Virus record (IMG/VR): IMGVR_UViG_3300033571_009591
Span: 1-64,000 of that record
Reading direction: 5' to 3' (one strand)
DNA length: 64,000 bases
Source: a virus
A program made the position numbers and the translations under genes. The notes under the pieces are model-generated. The model saw nothing but the letters and a program-made list of their open reading frames with translations. It made no database searches and was not told the DNA's origin. Below are positions 1 to 9,615 of this stretch, in pieces (the first letter of the stretch is position 1; each line of letters begins with the position of its first letter).

Positions 1-1610
1 ACCTCTGCGAGACGTGCAACCTCTGCCAATCTTGCTACTTCTGCAAGTCGTGCTACCTCAGCAGTTGCGGCTGCAATTCTTGCCTCTTCTTGCTGGGCTG
101 CTAACAACGCTGCTGCTTCTGCTTGAAGTCTTGCTACTTCTGCAAGTCTCGCAATCTCCGCTAATCTCGCGACTTCTGCTAACCTAGCTACTTCAGCCAA
201 TCTTGCCGCTTCTGCAATCTCTGCAGCTATTCTTGCTGCTTCAGCGGTTGCTGCTGCTTGCGCTGCTGCTGCTTGTGCTGCAAGTACTGCCGCTTCCGCG
301 GATGTTAAGGTTGAGTAATTAGTAACAAGATTTTTTTGAGGAGCTGTTAAAATTTCATATGCAGCTCTAGCCTGTGCCCAACTTGAATTAGTGATTAGAA
401 GTTTTACCGAATCTGCTGCGGTTTGATCTGCAAGTGCCTGTGCAGCCGCTGCCTGCGCAGCGATAAGAGCTACCGCCTCTGCTTCAAGACGTGCAACCTC
501 TGCTAATCTTGCAACTTCCGCTAGTCTTGCTATCTCCGCTAACCGTGCGGCTTCCGCGGCGATTGCTGCTAACCTTGCGTTCTCTGCATCAATGGCTGCC
601 TGAGCTGCTGCTTGCTCTGCAGCAAGTTCTTCAGCAGTCTTTCCTACCTTAATTGTCACCGCGTTGGAGACAGAAGAGTAAAGAGCTAGCGTGTCATTGT
701 CAGATCTAACTGTGAATGTCCAGACGGTGCCGCTTGGCTTTAGTGAATTAAACAAAGAATGATCTAACGTAATGGTAGTGTTCAACGAGTTAGGACCGCC
801 AACGTTTCCTGTAGCAACTCCCCAACCGCCGCAGCCTTGACAGGTAAAACCAATTGCGTAACGCTCTGGTTGTCTATTTCCATCTGTAGGAGCGTTCCAC
901 GTAAGAACAACCGAAGATGCGCCATCAACTACTGTTAGATTGGTAGGAGCGCCAACGGACAAGACTTCAGGAGGTGGAGGAGTTACGTACGTAAAGGCAG
1001 ACGATGGGATAACTTGCATTGAACCAGACTTATCCCAGAAAAGTTGAACCCAGGCTCCGCCACCATTTTCATAGTACATAAGCTCGATGGACTTAGAAAC
1101 TCCTGCGGTAAAAGGTATAGGCGCACTTGTAGTTCCTCCGCCGCCTTTATCTCGCCAGTCATTTGTTATTAAGACGCCGTCAAGGTAAAGTCTAGTTCCA
1201 TCATCTGCAGATGCTAGAAAAGATATGTCCTGGGTGGTATCACTGGTGATCCATCCGGTGTAGCGAACTATCACGTCCTCGGTGTTAGATGTTCCACCTA
1301 CACCACCGCTACCCCACTGGAAATCAATGTTAGATACGTTAGTTGTAAGTATAGGAGAAGCTCCCTGTGGAATGTAAGGAGCGTTATTCTGGCCTAGAAC
1401 GTTATAAACCTCGGAGGTTAGTCCTGAAGGGTTTGCCTGAGCAGAAGGTATAGCAAAAAGAAGTGGCCCGACAATAAACCCTATAACTAAAAATAACGCA
1501 GATAAAGCCCTCAATAATTTTAATTTACTTGATGTTGTATGTTCTACAACTTTTTTGGTAGGAGTTTTTACTTTGACTGTTTTCTTTTGTAAACGCGCAC
1601 CAAAAAGCAC
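1..1610 (-). CDS. Partial exported/virion protein: signal-like hydrophobic N-terminus, PA14 domain, Fn3-like domain, Ala-rich coiled-coil heptad repeats (EVARLAE/EIARLAE); runs off the window edge
   Basis: Not in the ORF track (no stop inside the window). Manual translation from GTG at 1610 (GGGAG RBS) gives LLRALSALFLVIGFIVGPLLFAIPSAQA, PA14-like motifs NIDFQWGSGG / SADDGTRLYLDG / YYENGGGA, then repeats to position 1. Confidence 0.75.
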   Translation of the reverse strand, partial: MLFGARLQKKTVKVKTPTKKVVEHTTSSKLKLLRALSALFLVIGFIVGPLLFAIPSAQANPSGLTSEVYNVLGQNNAPYIPQGASPILTTNVSNIDFQWGSGGVGGTSNTEDVIVRYTGWITSDTTQDISFLASADDGTRLYLDGVLITNDWRDKGGGGTTSAPIPFTAGVSKSIELMYYENGGGAWVQLFWDKSGSMQVIPSSAFTYVTPPPPEVLSVGAPTNLTVVDGASSVVLTWNAPTDGNRQPERYAIGFTCQGCGGWGVATGNVGGPNSLNTTITLDHSLFNSLKPSGTVWTFTVRSDNDTLALYSSVSNAVTIKVGKTAEELAAEQAAAQAAIDAENARLAAIAAEAARLAEIARLAEVARLAEVARLEAEAVALIAAQAAAAQALADQTAADSVKLLITNSSWAQARAAYEILTAPQKNLVTNYSTLTSAEAAVLAAQAAAAQAAATAEAARIAAEIAEAARLAEVARLAEVARLAEIARLAEVARLQAEAAALLAAQQEEARIAAATAEVARLAEVARLAEVARLAE

Positions 1611-1690
1611 TTCGAGATACTCCCACCATAGGTAATCTCATATGAACGCAGTGTTCATACTTCCACTGCTTATTTTACATTAAATAACTA

Positions 1691-2359
1691 TTATTCTTTA
1701 GTTTTATTGCGTAGATACGCATGACGAACAGTAGACGCGTACCACTTCTCTCCGCCTAATGCAGTAGGAATTTCATCTCTGTTAAGCCCATCAGCAATGA
1801 CTTTATATGATAAATCAATGCTTCTTTCTTTTTCAATTCTTTCTATAACTGATTCAGAAATTAGTGGAAGTGGGCCTAAATCAACACCCCAAACCTTTCC
1901 ACTATTGCGTCTATCTTGGTGTACATCCTTCTGTCGAAGGGAAATCATCCCTCGTTCCATCTCTGCCATAGCAGACATAATGGTTACAACAAAACGTCCT
2001 TGATATGTCGCGGTATCTAAACCTAAATCTAGTAACGCTAGACGCCATTCGTGCTTGTGTGAACGGTCAACAATACTGAGGAAGTCACGAGTAGAACGAG
2101 CAAGACGGTCAAGACGAGTAACAAACAACGCCTCTGCTCTACCAGCATCTAAATCATCTAAAGCCTTCTTCAGCACTGGACGACCAGTAATGTTCTTTCC
2201 AGACTTTCCTTCTTCACGGAGCATTACTACTTCATAGCCCTGAGACTCTGCTGCGTAGCGAAGTTGCTTCTCTTGCCCGTCAAGGCTTACGCCATCCTCT
2301 ACCTGCATCTGAGTAGAGACGCGGGCATAGCAGTAAGCAATTTTGCTACTCTCTGTCAT
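1691..2359 (-). CDS. Serine recombinase (resolvase family) with C-terminal recombinase/HTH segment
   Basis: YARVST catalytic Ser motif, VTRLDRLARS, MAEMER, C-terminal IADGLN...GGEKW. Confidence 0.9.
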   Translation of the reverse strand: MTESSKIAYCYARVSTQMQVEDGVSLDGQEKQLRYAAESQGYEVVMLREEGKSGKNITGRPVLKKALDDLDAGRAEALFVTRLDRLARSTRDFLSIVDRSHKHEWRLALLDLGLDTATYQGRFVVTIMSAMAEMERGMISLRQKDVHQDRRNSGKVWGVDLGPLPLISESVIERIEKERSIDLSYKVIADGLNRDEIPTALGGEKWYASTVRHAYLRNKTKE

Positions 2360-2549
2360 TGTTATGGTTTCCTAAATTAGCCTTGTGAATAAGAGTGTTA
2401 ACGCAAGACAAGACAAGTGGGTCATATCTATTGCCACAATCTCCGCACTCCCAAATCATCTCCTCGACTGCAGAACTAAAACCATTTTTAAAGCCATTGT
2501 CATACCCCTCGGAGTGAACTTCAAGAAGCTTTTCTTTCATCTTTCCCAT
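2346..2549 (-). CDS. Hypothetical protein (CxxC)
   Basis: ORF overlapping the recombinase start. Confidence 0.55.
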   Translation of the reverse strand: MGKMKEKLLEVHSEGYDNGFKNGFSSAVEEMIWECGDCGNRYDPLVLSCVNTLIHKANLGNHNNDRE

Positions 2550-2577
2550 TAGGGTGAGACCCCTCCCGTATTCAAAG

Positions 2578-2832
2578 TTACTCTTCTTCTTTAACTACCT
2601 TGAAGTTCTTTGCCTTAGCAAAGCGTCCCATGGCGTCCTGATAGGTATCTGCAAGAACATCTGTACTAGACTTTTTCTTCTTGCCAATAAACAAAGCAGG
2701 GACAGACTTAAGGACTGCAATTGATAGTGCAACTCCAAAAGATGCAATCAGTAATACAAGTAGCCAGCCAATAGAGAACATACCTAACTTAAAGGCAATC
2801 TCGAACGGTTGTGTCCAGTTATCTATATTCAT
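2578..2832 (-). CDS. Small membrane protein
   Basis: One TM segment; GAAGGAAG RBS. Confidence 0.6.
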   Translation of the reverse strand: MNIDNWTQPFEIAFKLGMFSIGWLLVLLIASFGVALSIAVLKSVPALFIGKKKKSSTDVLADTYQDAMGRFAKAKNFKVVKEEE

Positions 2833-2979
2833 TACTTCCTTCTTTCGTTGTTTGTGCGTAAATACGTCGTTATTAGCTGCATATATCTTATCAGACGTAG
2901 TAAGTTAAGTCTAAGTATGTACGTATAAGGTACGACTAATCGTCACTTTTATAAGCGTCACATTGGACGGTTTTACTTA

Positions 2980-3141
2980 TTATTCGCAATCGCAGGGTTC
3001 GGTGTAATCAAATGTACAGAAGTAGCAACCCATGAATTCGCTGTGCGCTTTACAATAGTAGCGGAATTGTTGTTCGTCGCAGCAAATATGAATCTCATCT
3101 ACGATGTTGTAATACTTCGTTTCATCAATCTTCTTACTCAC
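2980..3141 (-). CDS. Small Cys-rich protein (53 aa)
   Basis: Manual translation MSKKIDETKYYNIVDEIHICCDEQQFRYYCKAHSEFMGCYFCTFDYTEPCDCE; AAGGAG RBS. Confidence 0.55.
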   Translation of the reverse strand: MSKKIDETKYYNIVDEIHICCDEQQFRYYCKAHSEFMGCYFCTFDYTEPCDCE

Positions 3142-3268
3142 TCTTGTGCTCCTTCATATGTCTTGTGTATGTCATATAGGCAAAGGCTGAGCGGACTTCA
3201 ATCTCTGCATTGCAGGTAGGGCAAACTACAACCCTGTTTTTGGCTTTTGTCTCTTTGTTAGTTGTCAT
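3134..3268 (-). CDS. Small C2H2-like zinc-finger protein (44 aa)
   Basis: Manual translation ...CPTC...RHMKEH; overlaps the next start. Confidence 0.5.
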   Translation of the reverse strand: MTTNKETKAKNRVVVCPTCNAEIEVRSAFAYMTYTRHMKEHKSE

Positions 3269-3284
3269 GGCTTCAGCCTAGTGG

Positions 3285-3391
3285 CTATATAATAGAAAGT
3301 CAAATCCTCTGCGCTCTCGTTCCGTTATAAGCCGAATCGGAGCAGAGAGGGGTTTAGGGGTGGGGAAGGTTGGGTTGAGAGGTTTGGGGGG
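3285..3391. repeat. Copy 1 of a duplicated intergenic element followed by a G-run tract
   Basis: CTATATAATAGAAA...CTCTGCGCTCTCGTTCC also occurs at 5464-5502. Confidence 0.75.
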
Positions 3392-3503
3392 TTTTACAGG
3401 TCGTCATAACATATCCCACAGACCCATCGAGAACCAATCTCTATTGCTTCTGACTCTGGAGTTGACTCTCTACATAGTGAGCATTTAATTGTAATTTCTT
3501 TTG

Positions 3504-4694
3504 TCACTTTAGTTCCTTATCTTTTTGAGCAAATTCAATTCTTGCTTTAGCAATTGAGAGGTACTCCTCTGTCAAATCAATTCCAACAAAATTAAACCCT
3601 TCATACATACAAGCTTTTCCAGTCGAGCCAGAACCTAGAAAAGGGTCAAGAACAGTCCCGTTTGGGGGAGTGACAAGTCTGACTAAGTACTGCATTAACG
3701 CGGTGGGCTTAACCGTTGGGTGGTAATTTAGTTTTTCGTTGTTAGTGCGATTACGTGGGTTGTCACCGCCGACTCCGCCATCTTTGCGTCCATCATGATC
3801 ACGTTTTGTCTCAAACCCATCAAGACCTTCGTTGCGATCACGTTTATTTGCCTTTGCGCAATAAAAAAATCTTGCTGGCTCACCTAATAAATCAGTGACT
3901 TCTTCACTACCATCATGAATAAAGTTTGCTGGCCATCGGCCACTAGCAGCTTCCCACCCACCTGAGCCATCGCCACCAGATACTGTTTCTTGTGTTCCAA
4001 ATGTTGCTGTTCTACTTCCTGCGCTAGGTTCATCGCCTTCAGCAATATCTATTCGACTAGCGTCAATGTTTACGCCACCAACACCGTGAAGCAACACATT
4101 ACTAGCAACAGTTCCAATAAAAGGTTTACGCGCTAACACAATAGGTTCATGAGCGGGTTTAAGTGCAGTACCCCAGCCTTCCCATTGTTTTGCTTGATTA
4201 GTAGAAGGTGAGAACTCTTTGCGGTCATACACTCTAGTTTCACCGAGTATGCCATTGTTCTTACCTGTTAGTTGATAACTTTCGCCGTCTCCATCTTGTT
4301 CGGTCTTTCTTAAAGCCATAGGATTTGATTTTCCATTTAGCAGATGTGACTCCACTGCTTTACTTACGCTCATAGATTTTGGAAACCCTGAGCCGTATAC
4401 CCACATAATCTGGTCACGAATTTGAAATCCTGCATCTTCAATAGCAACTGCCATTCGATGATAAGTTCGAGAACCAGAAAACGCCAGCAAATGTCCTCCT
4501 GGTTTGAGTACGCGTAACGCCTCAGTCCACATTTCAATTGAGTAAGCAATACCTGTTGAGTCCCAAGACTTACCCATAAAACCTAATTCATATGGTGGGT
4601 CAGTAACAATTGAGTCTACTGAGTTATCTGGCATAGACTTCATTACTTCGTAGCAATCTCCATGATGAAGAGTAAATTGATTTATATTGCTCAT
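3504..4694 (-). CDS. N6-adenine/N4-cytosine DNA methyltransferase (beta class)
   Basis: N-terminal DPPY, C-terminal HPTVKP and LDPFLGSGST. Confidence 0.92.
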   Translation of the reverse strand: MSNINQFTLHHGDCYEVMKSMPDNSVDSIVTDPPYELGFMGKSWDSTGIAYSIEMWTEALRVLKPGGHLLAFSGSRTYHRMAVAIEDAGFQIRDQIMWVYGSGFPKSMSVSKAVESHLLNGKSNPMALRKTEQDGDGESYQLTGKNNGILGETRVYDRKEFSPSTNQAKQWEGWGTALKPAHEPIVLARKPFIGTVASNVLLHGVGGVNIDASRIDIAEGDEPSAGSRTATFGTQETVSGGDGSGGWEAASGRWPANFIHDGSEEVTDLLGEPARFFYCAKANKRDRNEGLDGFETKRDHDGRKDGGVGGDNPRNRTNNEKLNYHPTVKPTALMQYLVRLVTPPNGTVLDPFLGSGSTGKACMYEGFNFVGIDLTEEYLSIAKARIEFAQKDKELK

Positions 4695-4825
4695 TAATAT
4701 CCTTTTTCAATAAGTAGATACCAGCATAAAAAACTAATGTTAAGAGCCTTGTCGTTTGGATAGAACTCTATACCTATTCCCCAAGCATCGCCTTTGGCTA
4801 ATGTAATTGTGGCTTTCATATAATT

Positions 4826-5260
4826 TTACTCTTGTGACTCCCACTTTTTTAAAATCCAACTGGAACTGTTCTTCTTATCTTCTCCGCCAACGCCAAACTG
4901 GAAAGAAAGACGCGGGTCTTGAATATCCATCTCGGGGATATTTTCAGAGGTACGATCACCACCGTTGGCAAAAACAATCTCTGCATCAGGAAAGAGTTCT
5001 AGAGTTGTTCGTATAAGGTTTTTTGCAGAGCCGTCATCATCATTAAACTCTGCAATATGGTCAACGGAGCGACACTCGGACAGAATTGCCATCCGCTCTT
5101 CAAAGGGTAGAAACGCTTTACCTTTCTTACGGACAAGCCATGCATCAGAGTTAATACCAACTACAAGTTCATCACCTATAGCACGGGCTGCACGAAGGTA
5201 TTCAATGTGTCCTGAGTGAAGTGGATCAAATCCACCGCTAATAACAATTATCTTTTTCAT
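4826..5260 (-). CDS. Cytidylyltransferase-like nucleotidyltransferase (RfaE-II/TagD family)
   Basis: SGGFDPLHSGH (HxGH), FANGGDR, NSSS. Confidence 0.9.
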   Translation of the reverse strand: MKKIIVISGGFDPLHSGHIEYLRAARAIGDELVVGINSDAWLVRKKGKAFLPFEERMAILSECRSVDHIAEFNDDDGSAKNLIRTTLELFPDAEIVFANGGDRTSENIPEMDIQDPRLSFQFGVGGEDKKNSSSWILKKWESQE

Positions 5261-5463
5261 TTGCATACCTGACAGTAGAAGGGAGTTCGAAGGTTATCTT
5301 CGTGAGTAATAATATCTTGTGAGCATCTTGAGCATCTGGCTTCTGTTAAATCATGCTTTTTTAAATTATCAATCTCCACATTAAGAGATCGTGTGTAATA
5401 AACCTTAGTGGCATACCACGTCAATAAAATTGCAAATAATGTAATCATTGCAACACTATACAT
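5257..5463 (-). CDS. Membrane-anchored zinc-ribbon protein
   Basis: N-terminal TM segment, CSRC...CQVC. Confidence 0.6.
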   Translation of the reverse strand: MYSVAMITLFAILLTWYATKVYYTRSLNVEIDNLKKHDLTEARCSRCSQDIITHEDNLRTPFYCQVCK

Positions 5464-5563
5464 CTATATAATAGAAAATACAATACTCTGCGCTCTCGTT
5501 CCTTTATTAGAGGAGGAAGCGGAAGGGTTTAGGGGGTTAGGGGGTTAGGGGGTTAGGGGGGAG
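5464..5563. repeat. Copy 2 of the duplicated element plus (GGGGGTTA)n tandem tract
   Basis: Direct sequence match to 3285-3323; gggtttagggggttagggggttagggggttagggggg. Confidence 0.75.
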
Positions 5564-5791
5564 TTTGTTTGGGTAGTTCTCTGCATCGTCTGCGAGCAGT
5601 TCGTCAAAGATGGTCGCTGGGAAGGAGTGGCCAATCTTGAGATGTGCCCTGAGGTGGTCAATCATTTCTTGTGTGGACTCTGCAAGGTAGTAAGGCTCTA
5701 GATCATCGCAGAAATAACACTGAGAGCAGATAACACCTTTAGTTGTGGCGTAGACATAAACATCATCTGTAAACATTCTGGAGTAACTCAT
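5537..5791 (-). CDS. Hypothetical protein
   Basis: ORF with TAGAGT -10 element 6 nt before ATG (leaderless). Confidence 0.6.
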   Translation of the reverse strand: MSYSRMFTDDVYVYATTKGVICSQCYFCDDLEPYYLAESTQEMIDHLRAHLKIGHSFPATIFDELLADDAENYPNKLPPNPLTP

Positions 5792-5820
5792 ATCCCTACT
5801 CTATACCTTATTATTATCAA

Positions 5821-6132
5821 ATGGATGACTTTGAGGAGTATGTCGAGTTCGAGGATGAGGACTCTTTTGTTGACTATCTTATTGAAATTGGTATTCTTGA
5901 AGAAGAGGGCTTCGATGCAGATGGCGAAGTTACTTATGTGTACAACTTTGAAAAGATGAAAGACCTAATGCCAGATTTGTATAACGAAATTATGGATGGT
6001 CTTAACGAAAATCTAATGGTTCTGTTTGAACATGAGCTTATTAAAGTTGAATATGATGAAGAACTTCGTGCACATATTTCACCAACAGATCAAGGTATGG
6101 AATATTTTAAATCTAAATATGGAGAAGAGTAA
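5821..6132 (+). CDS. Acidic hypothetical protein
   Basis: ORF with TATTAT 6 nt before ATG. Confidence 0.65.
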   Translation: MDDFEEYVEFEDEDSFVDYLIEIGILEEEGFDADGEVTYVYNFEKMKDLMPDLYNEIMDGLNENLMVLFEHELIKVEYDEELRAHISPTDQGMEYFKSKYGEE

Positions 6133-6135
6133 TTC

Positions 6136-6227
6136 GGATATACGTAGGATAGGTTTCTTCCCACCTAACCGTTAGTTAGGCTCCCTGCTCGTCCAATCAT
6201 GGGCTCTATTGCACCCCACGTATATCC
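6136..6227 (-). ncRNA. Candidate structured RNA
   Basis: 13-bp closing stem GGATATACGTGGG/CCTACGTATATCC (G-U on the minus strand) with internal CCTAAC/GTTAGG hairpin; intergenic. Confidence 0.4.
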
Positions 6228-6322
6228 TTGCCCATTGTTATAGGTATCTAACGCCCTCTTACTTTATACAGAGAGGTACGAGGCTCATCGCTTCCCCTAT
6301 CGGAAAGAGCAGAGTAACAGAG

Positions 6323-6973
6323 TTATTTTACAATGACAATTGATAGTTTGGTTTTTTTACACTTTAAAGTAACATCTTTAAGAACCTTAAGTTCTTTGTC
6401 GTCAACTGTGAGTGACCAACGAACCTTTACCTGAACCCATTGACGTACATAGTCACAATGGTAAGCAGCATTTGTTGGCAACCACTCCGCTGGGTCTTGA
6501 TCAGACTTAGAGCGATTTGAACCAGCACTCACTGCGATAAGAGAAATTGCATCTCCCATATCGTTTGCGTAAACTTCACGCTTTGCTGCGTCCCATTTGC
6601 TTGCGCCTGAGTCCCAAGCCTCTGCAAGAGGAACAAAGTGATCAACATCTAAAGCAGAGAAGTTTGTAATTGTTGTGTTGTCATACGGGCTGTACCACTT
6701 GCCTGTGTCTTTAACAATCTTGCAACCAGCATCTACCTTTGGCTTTACTAGCGCCTCAGCAAGGATTACATCATTACGAGTATTACAACCATTCTTATCT
6801 AGGTCAGACCAATGCCTAAACTGTGAGCGTGCGTAACCTTCACGAACATCTGGAGCAACTTTAAGAACTTTAATTGCTGCGTCAACGGATGCAAAAGTTT
6901 TTGGCTTTTCAGCCGCATTTATTGGAGTAATTGTTAGACCAGTAATTACCAAAGCCATAAGTAGTTTTTTCAT
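6323..6973 (-). CDS. Secreted HNH nuclease (DUF1524/GmrSD-C-like)
   Basis: Signal peptide; CNTRNDVI, DVDHFVPLAEAWDSGA, SNRSKSDQDPAEWLP. Confidence 0.88.
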   Translation of the reverse strand: MKKLLMALVITGLTITPINAAEKPKTFASVDAAIKVLKVAPDVREGYARSQFRHWSDLDKNGCNTRNDVILAEALVKPKVDAGCKIVKDTGKWYSPYDNTTITNFSALDVDHFVPLAEAWDSGASKWDAAKREVYANDMGDAISLIAVSAGSNRSKSDQDPAEWLPTNAAYHCDYVRQWVQVKVRWSLTVDDKELKVLKDVTLKCKKTKLSIVIVK

Positions 6974-7133
6974 TCTTCTTCAACCTCTTCGTCAAGTTTT
7001 TGTAGCATCTCTTGAAGTTCTAATTTTGCTAGGCTCTCTAAATTTTGTTGAGCCTGTCTAAGTACATTGATATCTAGTCTCTCCCTTTTCACTTTATTAG
7101 TTTACAGGAGATAAGTTTTAATGATTTTAAAGA

Positions 7134-7472
7134 CTACCTACCGTAATCATCTTCAATACGAACAATGTCATCTTCGCCAAAATAGATGCCAAGTTGAACC
7201 TCAATAAAGACAAGGTCGTCTTCACCTATGTTATGAATTCTATGCGGGATGCCCTGCTCAATAATGTAAGCCCCTCCACCAACACAGGTGGTTTCTGCGC
7301 CATCAATCGTGACAGTCCCAGTCCCAGATACAACTACCCAATACTCGCTGCGCTTTTCATGCGTTTGATAAGAAAGTCTCTTGCCAGGATTAACTGTGAT
7401 GGTTTTTACTTTATGGTTAGGTGCGTCAAGAAGAACGGTGTAACTACCCCAAGGTCTAATGTCAGTGCTCAT
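7134..7472 (-). CDS. Mannose-6-phosphate isomerase type II cupin domain protein
   Basis: RPWGSY, RLSYQTHEKRSEYW, EDDIVRIEDDYGR. Confidence 0.9.
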   Translation of the reverse strand: MSTDIRPWGSYTVLLDAPNHKVKTITVNPGKRLSYQTHEKRSEYWVVVSGTGTVTIDGAETTCVGGGAYIIEQGIPHRIHNIGEDDLVFIEVQLGIYFGEDDIVRIEDDYGR

Positions 7473-7535
7473 ACCTTAATTAAAGCAGAAAGCCAGCCCT
7501 GTGAATACAGAACTGGCTCTCTTTTTACTGACTAA

Positions 7536-8126
7536 TTATGACTTCAGTACGTATCGATTCTTCTCGAGGATAGGTCTGTAACAACTGCTATTCGAGTTAT
7601 GAGTAGTTAAATACCCATAGCGAGCCATACGAAACCTAAGTGAGCCATGTGTAACACCTAGGCGTTTTGCTAGTCGATATAGACTTACTCCTTCAACCTT
7701 ATACACATGATGAAGAAGAGCGGTGTATTCCTCTGCTTCTTGTCGATATCTTGGAGAATGTGAACGCACTTGCTGAGCAAGTGGTTGTAACTCTAGAAGC
7801 CGTGCAAGGGTTTCTTCAGACGGCTCTACATAGACCTTAGGCTTTTTAACTGCCTTAAGTGGTGGAGTCGGGGTTGGGAACGAGAGACTTCCTGCAAGAG
7901 CGCCTAAAGTGTCTGAGCCAACATATGAGCCTTCTACAATCTGTCGAACCCGCTCGCGAGTCATCCCACCTGCTGCGTCAGCAATTGACTGTAAGCTCCA
8001 ATGATTATCTCGCAGCATGCGAATATAAGCATTGCGCTGTAGCGTATCTGTTCCAATTTTAGCAAAAGCCTCCAAGACATCCTGTGGGAGTTGGTGGTTT
8101 ACTTTTACATATTCTGATGTTGTCAT
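7536..8126 (-). CDS. Double helix-turn-helix DNA-binding protein (paralog 1)
   Basis: WSLQSIADAAGGMTRERVRQI and VSLYRLAKRLGVT; RBS GAAAGGA before ATG 8126; similar to 46457-47080. Confidence 0.8.
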   Translation of the reverse strand: MTTSEYVKVNHQLPQDVLEAFAKIGTDTLQRNAYIRMLRDNHWSLQSIADAAGGMTRERVRQIVEGSYVGSDTLGALAGSLSFPTPTPPLKAVKKPKVYVEPSEETLARLLELQPLAQQVRSHSPRYRQEAEEYTALLHHVYKVEGVSLYRLAKRLGVTHGSLRFRMARYGYLTTHNSNSSCYRPILEKNRYVLKS

Positions 8127-8352
8127 CAGTGTCCTTTCGTAATGTGATGTTGTCATGTCTTAAGAGTAGCGATGCTTTACAAACAATGCAAACTAAGATA
8201 CCTTCCTGACTATTTGGTTATTGTTTAGTAACATGTATATAGTCAACTACTACTGGTATTGTTTATATATGAGTAAAGCTGCTCTACGCATACTAATTCG
8301 TGCAGTAATTATTTATATATTCTTATGGCTATTAGGAAGACTTGGGTGAGGT

Positions 8353-8565
8353 ATGTGGTCATGGGTGCTCGCAGTAATTGGAGTAACTGGTATATTTTTA
8401 GTTGGTCGCAAGACAATCTGGGGCTGGCTAATTCTTTGTGTCAATGAATGTTTATGGATTGCTTACGCACTTGCTACTGAACAATATGGGTTTATCTTTA
8501 TGGCAGTTGCTTATGCGCTTGTTTACATAAAGTCATTCATCCATTGGCGTAGAGATGGCGCTTAA
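8353..8565 (+). CDS. Small membrane protein, PnuC/NMN-transporter-like half
   Basis: Three TM segments, GRKTIWGW. Confidence 0.55.
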   Translation: MWSWVLAVIGVTGIFLVGRKTIWGWLILCVNECLWIAYALATEQYGFIFMAVAYALVYIKSFIHWRRDGA

Positions 8566-9196
8566 AGACGACTACATAATAAAGCCAATAACTTATCAAG
8601 AGGCAATGGCTATTGTTGTAGAACGTCACTACTTACACCGTAAGTGCCCTGTGAGCAGCGCATTCGGTTTGGTAGAGCGTTTAAGCGGTGAAATTGTTGG
8701 AGTTGTAACTTATGGAGTTAGCCCATCATCAACCTTGCTAAAAGGAATCTGTGGGCCAGAAGAATCAAAAAATGTCTATGAGTTAAATAGACTCTGGGTT
8801 GATGACCGTGTTCCTAAGAATGGTGAGAGTTATTTAGTTGCAAATACTATAAAACTTCTTGATAGAGAAATTATTGTTTCATTCGCAGACTCTTCGCAAA
8901 AGCATGTGGGGATTATTTATCAGGCTGCTAACTTTTTATATACGGGGCTATCAGCAAAGTTCAAAGACCCTAAGGTAGTTGGAAAAGAAAACATGCATCA
9001 CGCTACCTACGCTAACGGACTAACTAACGCGCAAGTTATTGAAAAGTTTGGGGCAGAGAACGTAACTTTTGTAGAACGTCCTCGTAAGCATCGTTATATT
9101 TACTTTAACTGCAGTAAGACAAGAAAAAAGCAACTACTTACAAAACTTAGATATAAATCTATTCCGTACCCAAAGCAGGACGCTTCGGTTCTGTAA
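8555..9196 (+). CDS. Mom-like GNAT-fold DNA modification protein
   Basis: HYLHR, ELNRLW, VSFADSSQKHVGIIYQAANFLYTG, KHRYIY as in Mu Mom-family proteins. Confidence 0.75.
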   Translation: MALKDDYIIKPITYQEAMAIVVERHYLHRKCPVSSAFGLVERLSGEIVGVVTYGVSPSSTLLKGICGPEESKNVYELNRLWVDDRVPKNGESYLVANTIKLLDREIIVSFADSSQKHVGIIYQAANFLYTGLSAKFKDPKVVGKENMHHATYANGLTNAQVIEKFGAENVTFVERPRKHRYIYFNCSKTRKKQLLTKLRYKSIPYPKQDASVL

Positions 9197-9383
9197 GAAC
9201 ATCAGACTCATCATAGATATCAATAGCAACATTTATTAGAGCTTCTTCATTTTTAGAGAAGTGATGACGACAGAAGAATAACTCTCCTGTTTCTAACTTG
9301 ACCTCGTAGTAAGCCTGAGCGTTACAGACATCGCAACGGTCATTGGCAGTGAGAGTTCTTTCTACTGAATCAGTCATTACCAT
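9159..9383 (-). CDS. Actinobacterial zinc-binding small protein
   Basis: LTANDRCDVCNAQAY...LFFCRHH. Confidence 0.7.
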   Translation of the reverse strand: MVMTDSVERTLTANDRCDVCNAQAYYEVKLETGELFFCRHHFSKNEEALINVAIDIYDESDVLTEPKRPALGTE

Positions 9384-9606
9384 CAGCGTCTCCTAAGTGT
9401 GAGTAGAGTTCTTTGCAGGCTGGACAGAGTGGGAACTTCTCTGGGTCACGGGATGGAATCCACACTTTGCCACACAACGCAACTGTAGGAGTTCCCTCAA
9501 CCATCGACCTTACTGCCTCGGATTTTTCAACATAGTGAGCGAAGCGGTCATGATCACCGCTGTCAATTTCAAGGTGTGTGTCAGTGTCTAAAACTACTTC
9601 GCTCAT
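9370..9606 (-). CDS. DUF3039 family protein
   Basis: GDHDRFAHYV...ALCGKVWIPSRDP...CPACKE. Confidence 0.88.
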   Translation of the reverse strand: MSEVVLDTDTHLEIDSGDHDRFAHYVEKSEAVRSMVEGTPTVALCGKVWIPSRDPEKFPLCPACKELYSHLGDADGND

Positions 9607-9615
9607 AACCTAATT

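Noticed and set aside
1691-2359. IS607-like element or prophage integrase boundary
   Set aside because: No TnpB, no N-terminal MerR HTH, no att or terminal repeats; phage genes on both sides
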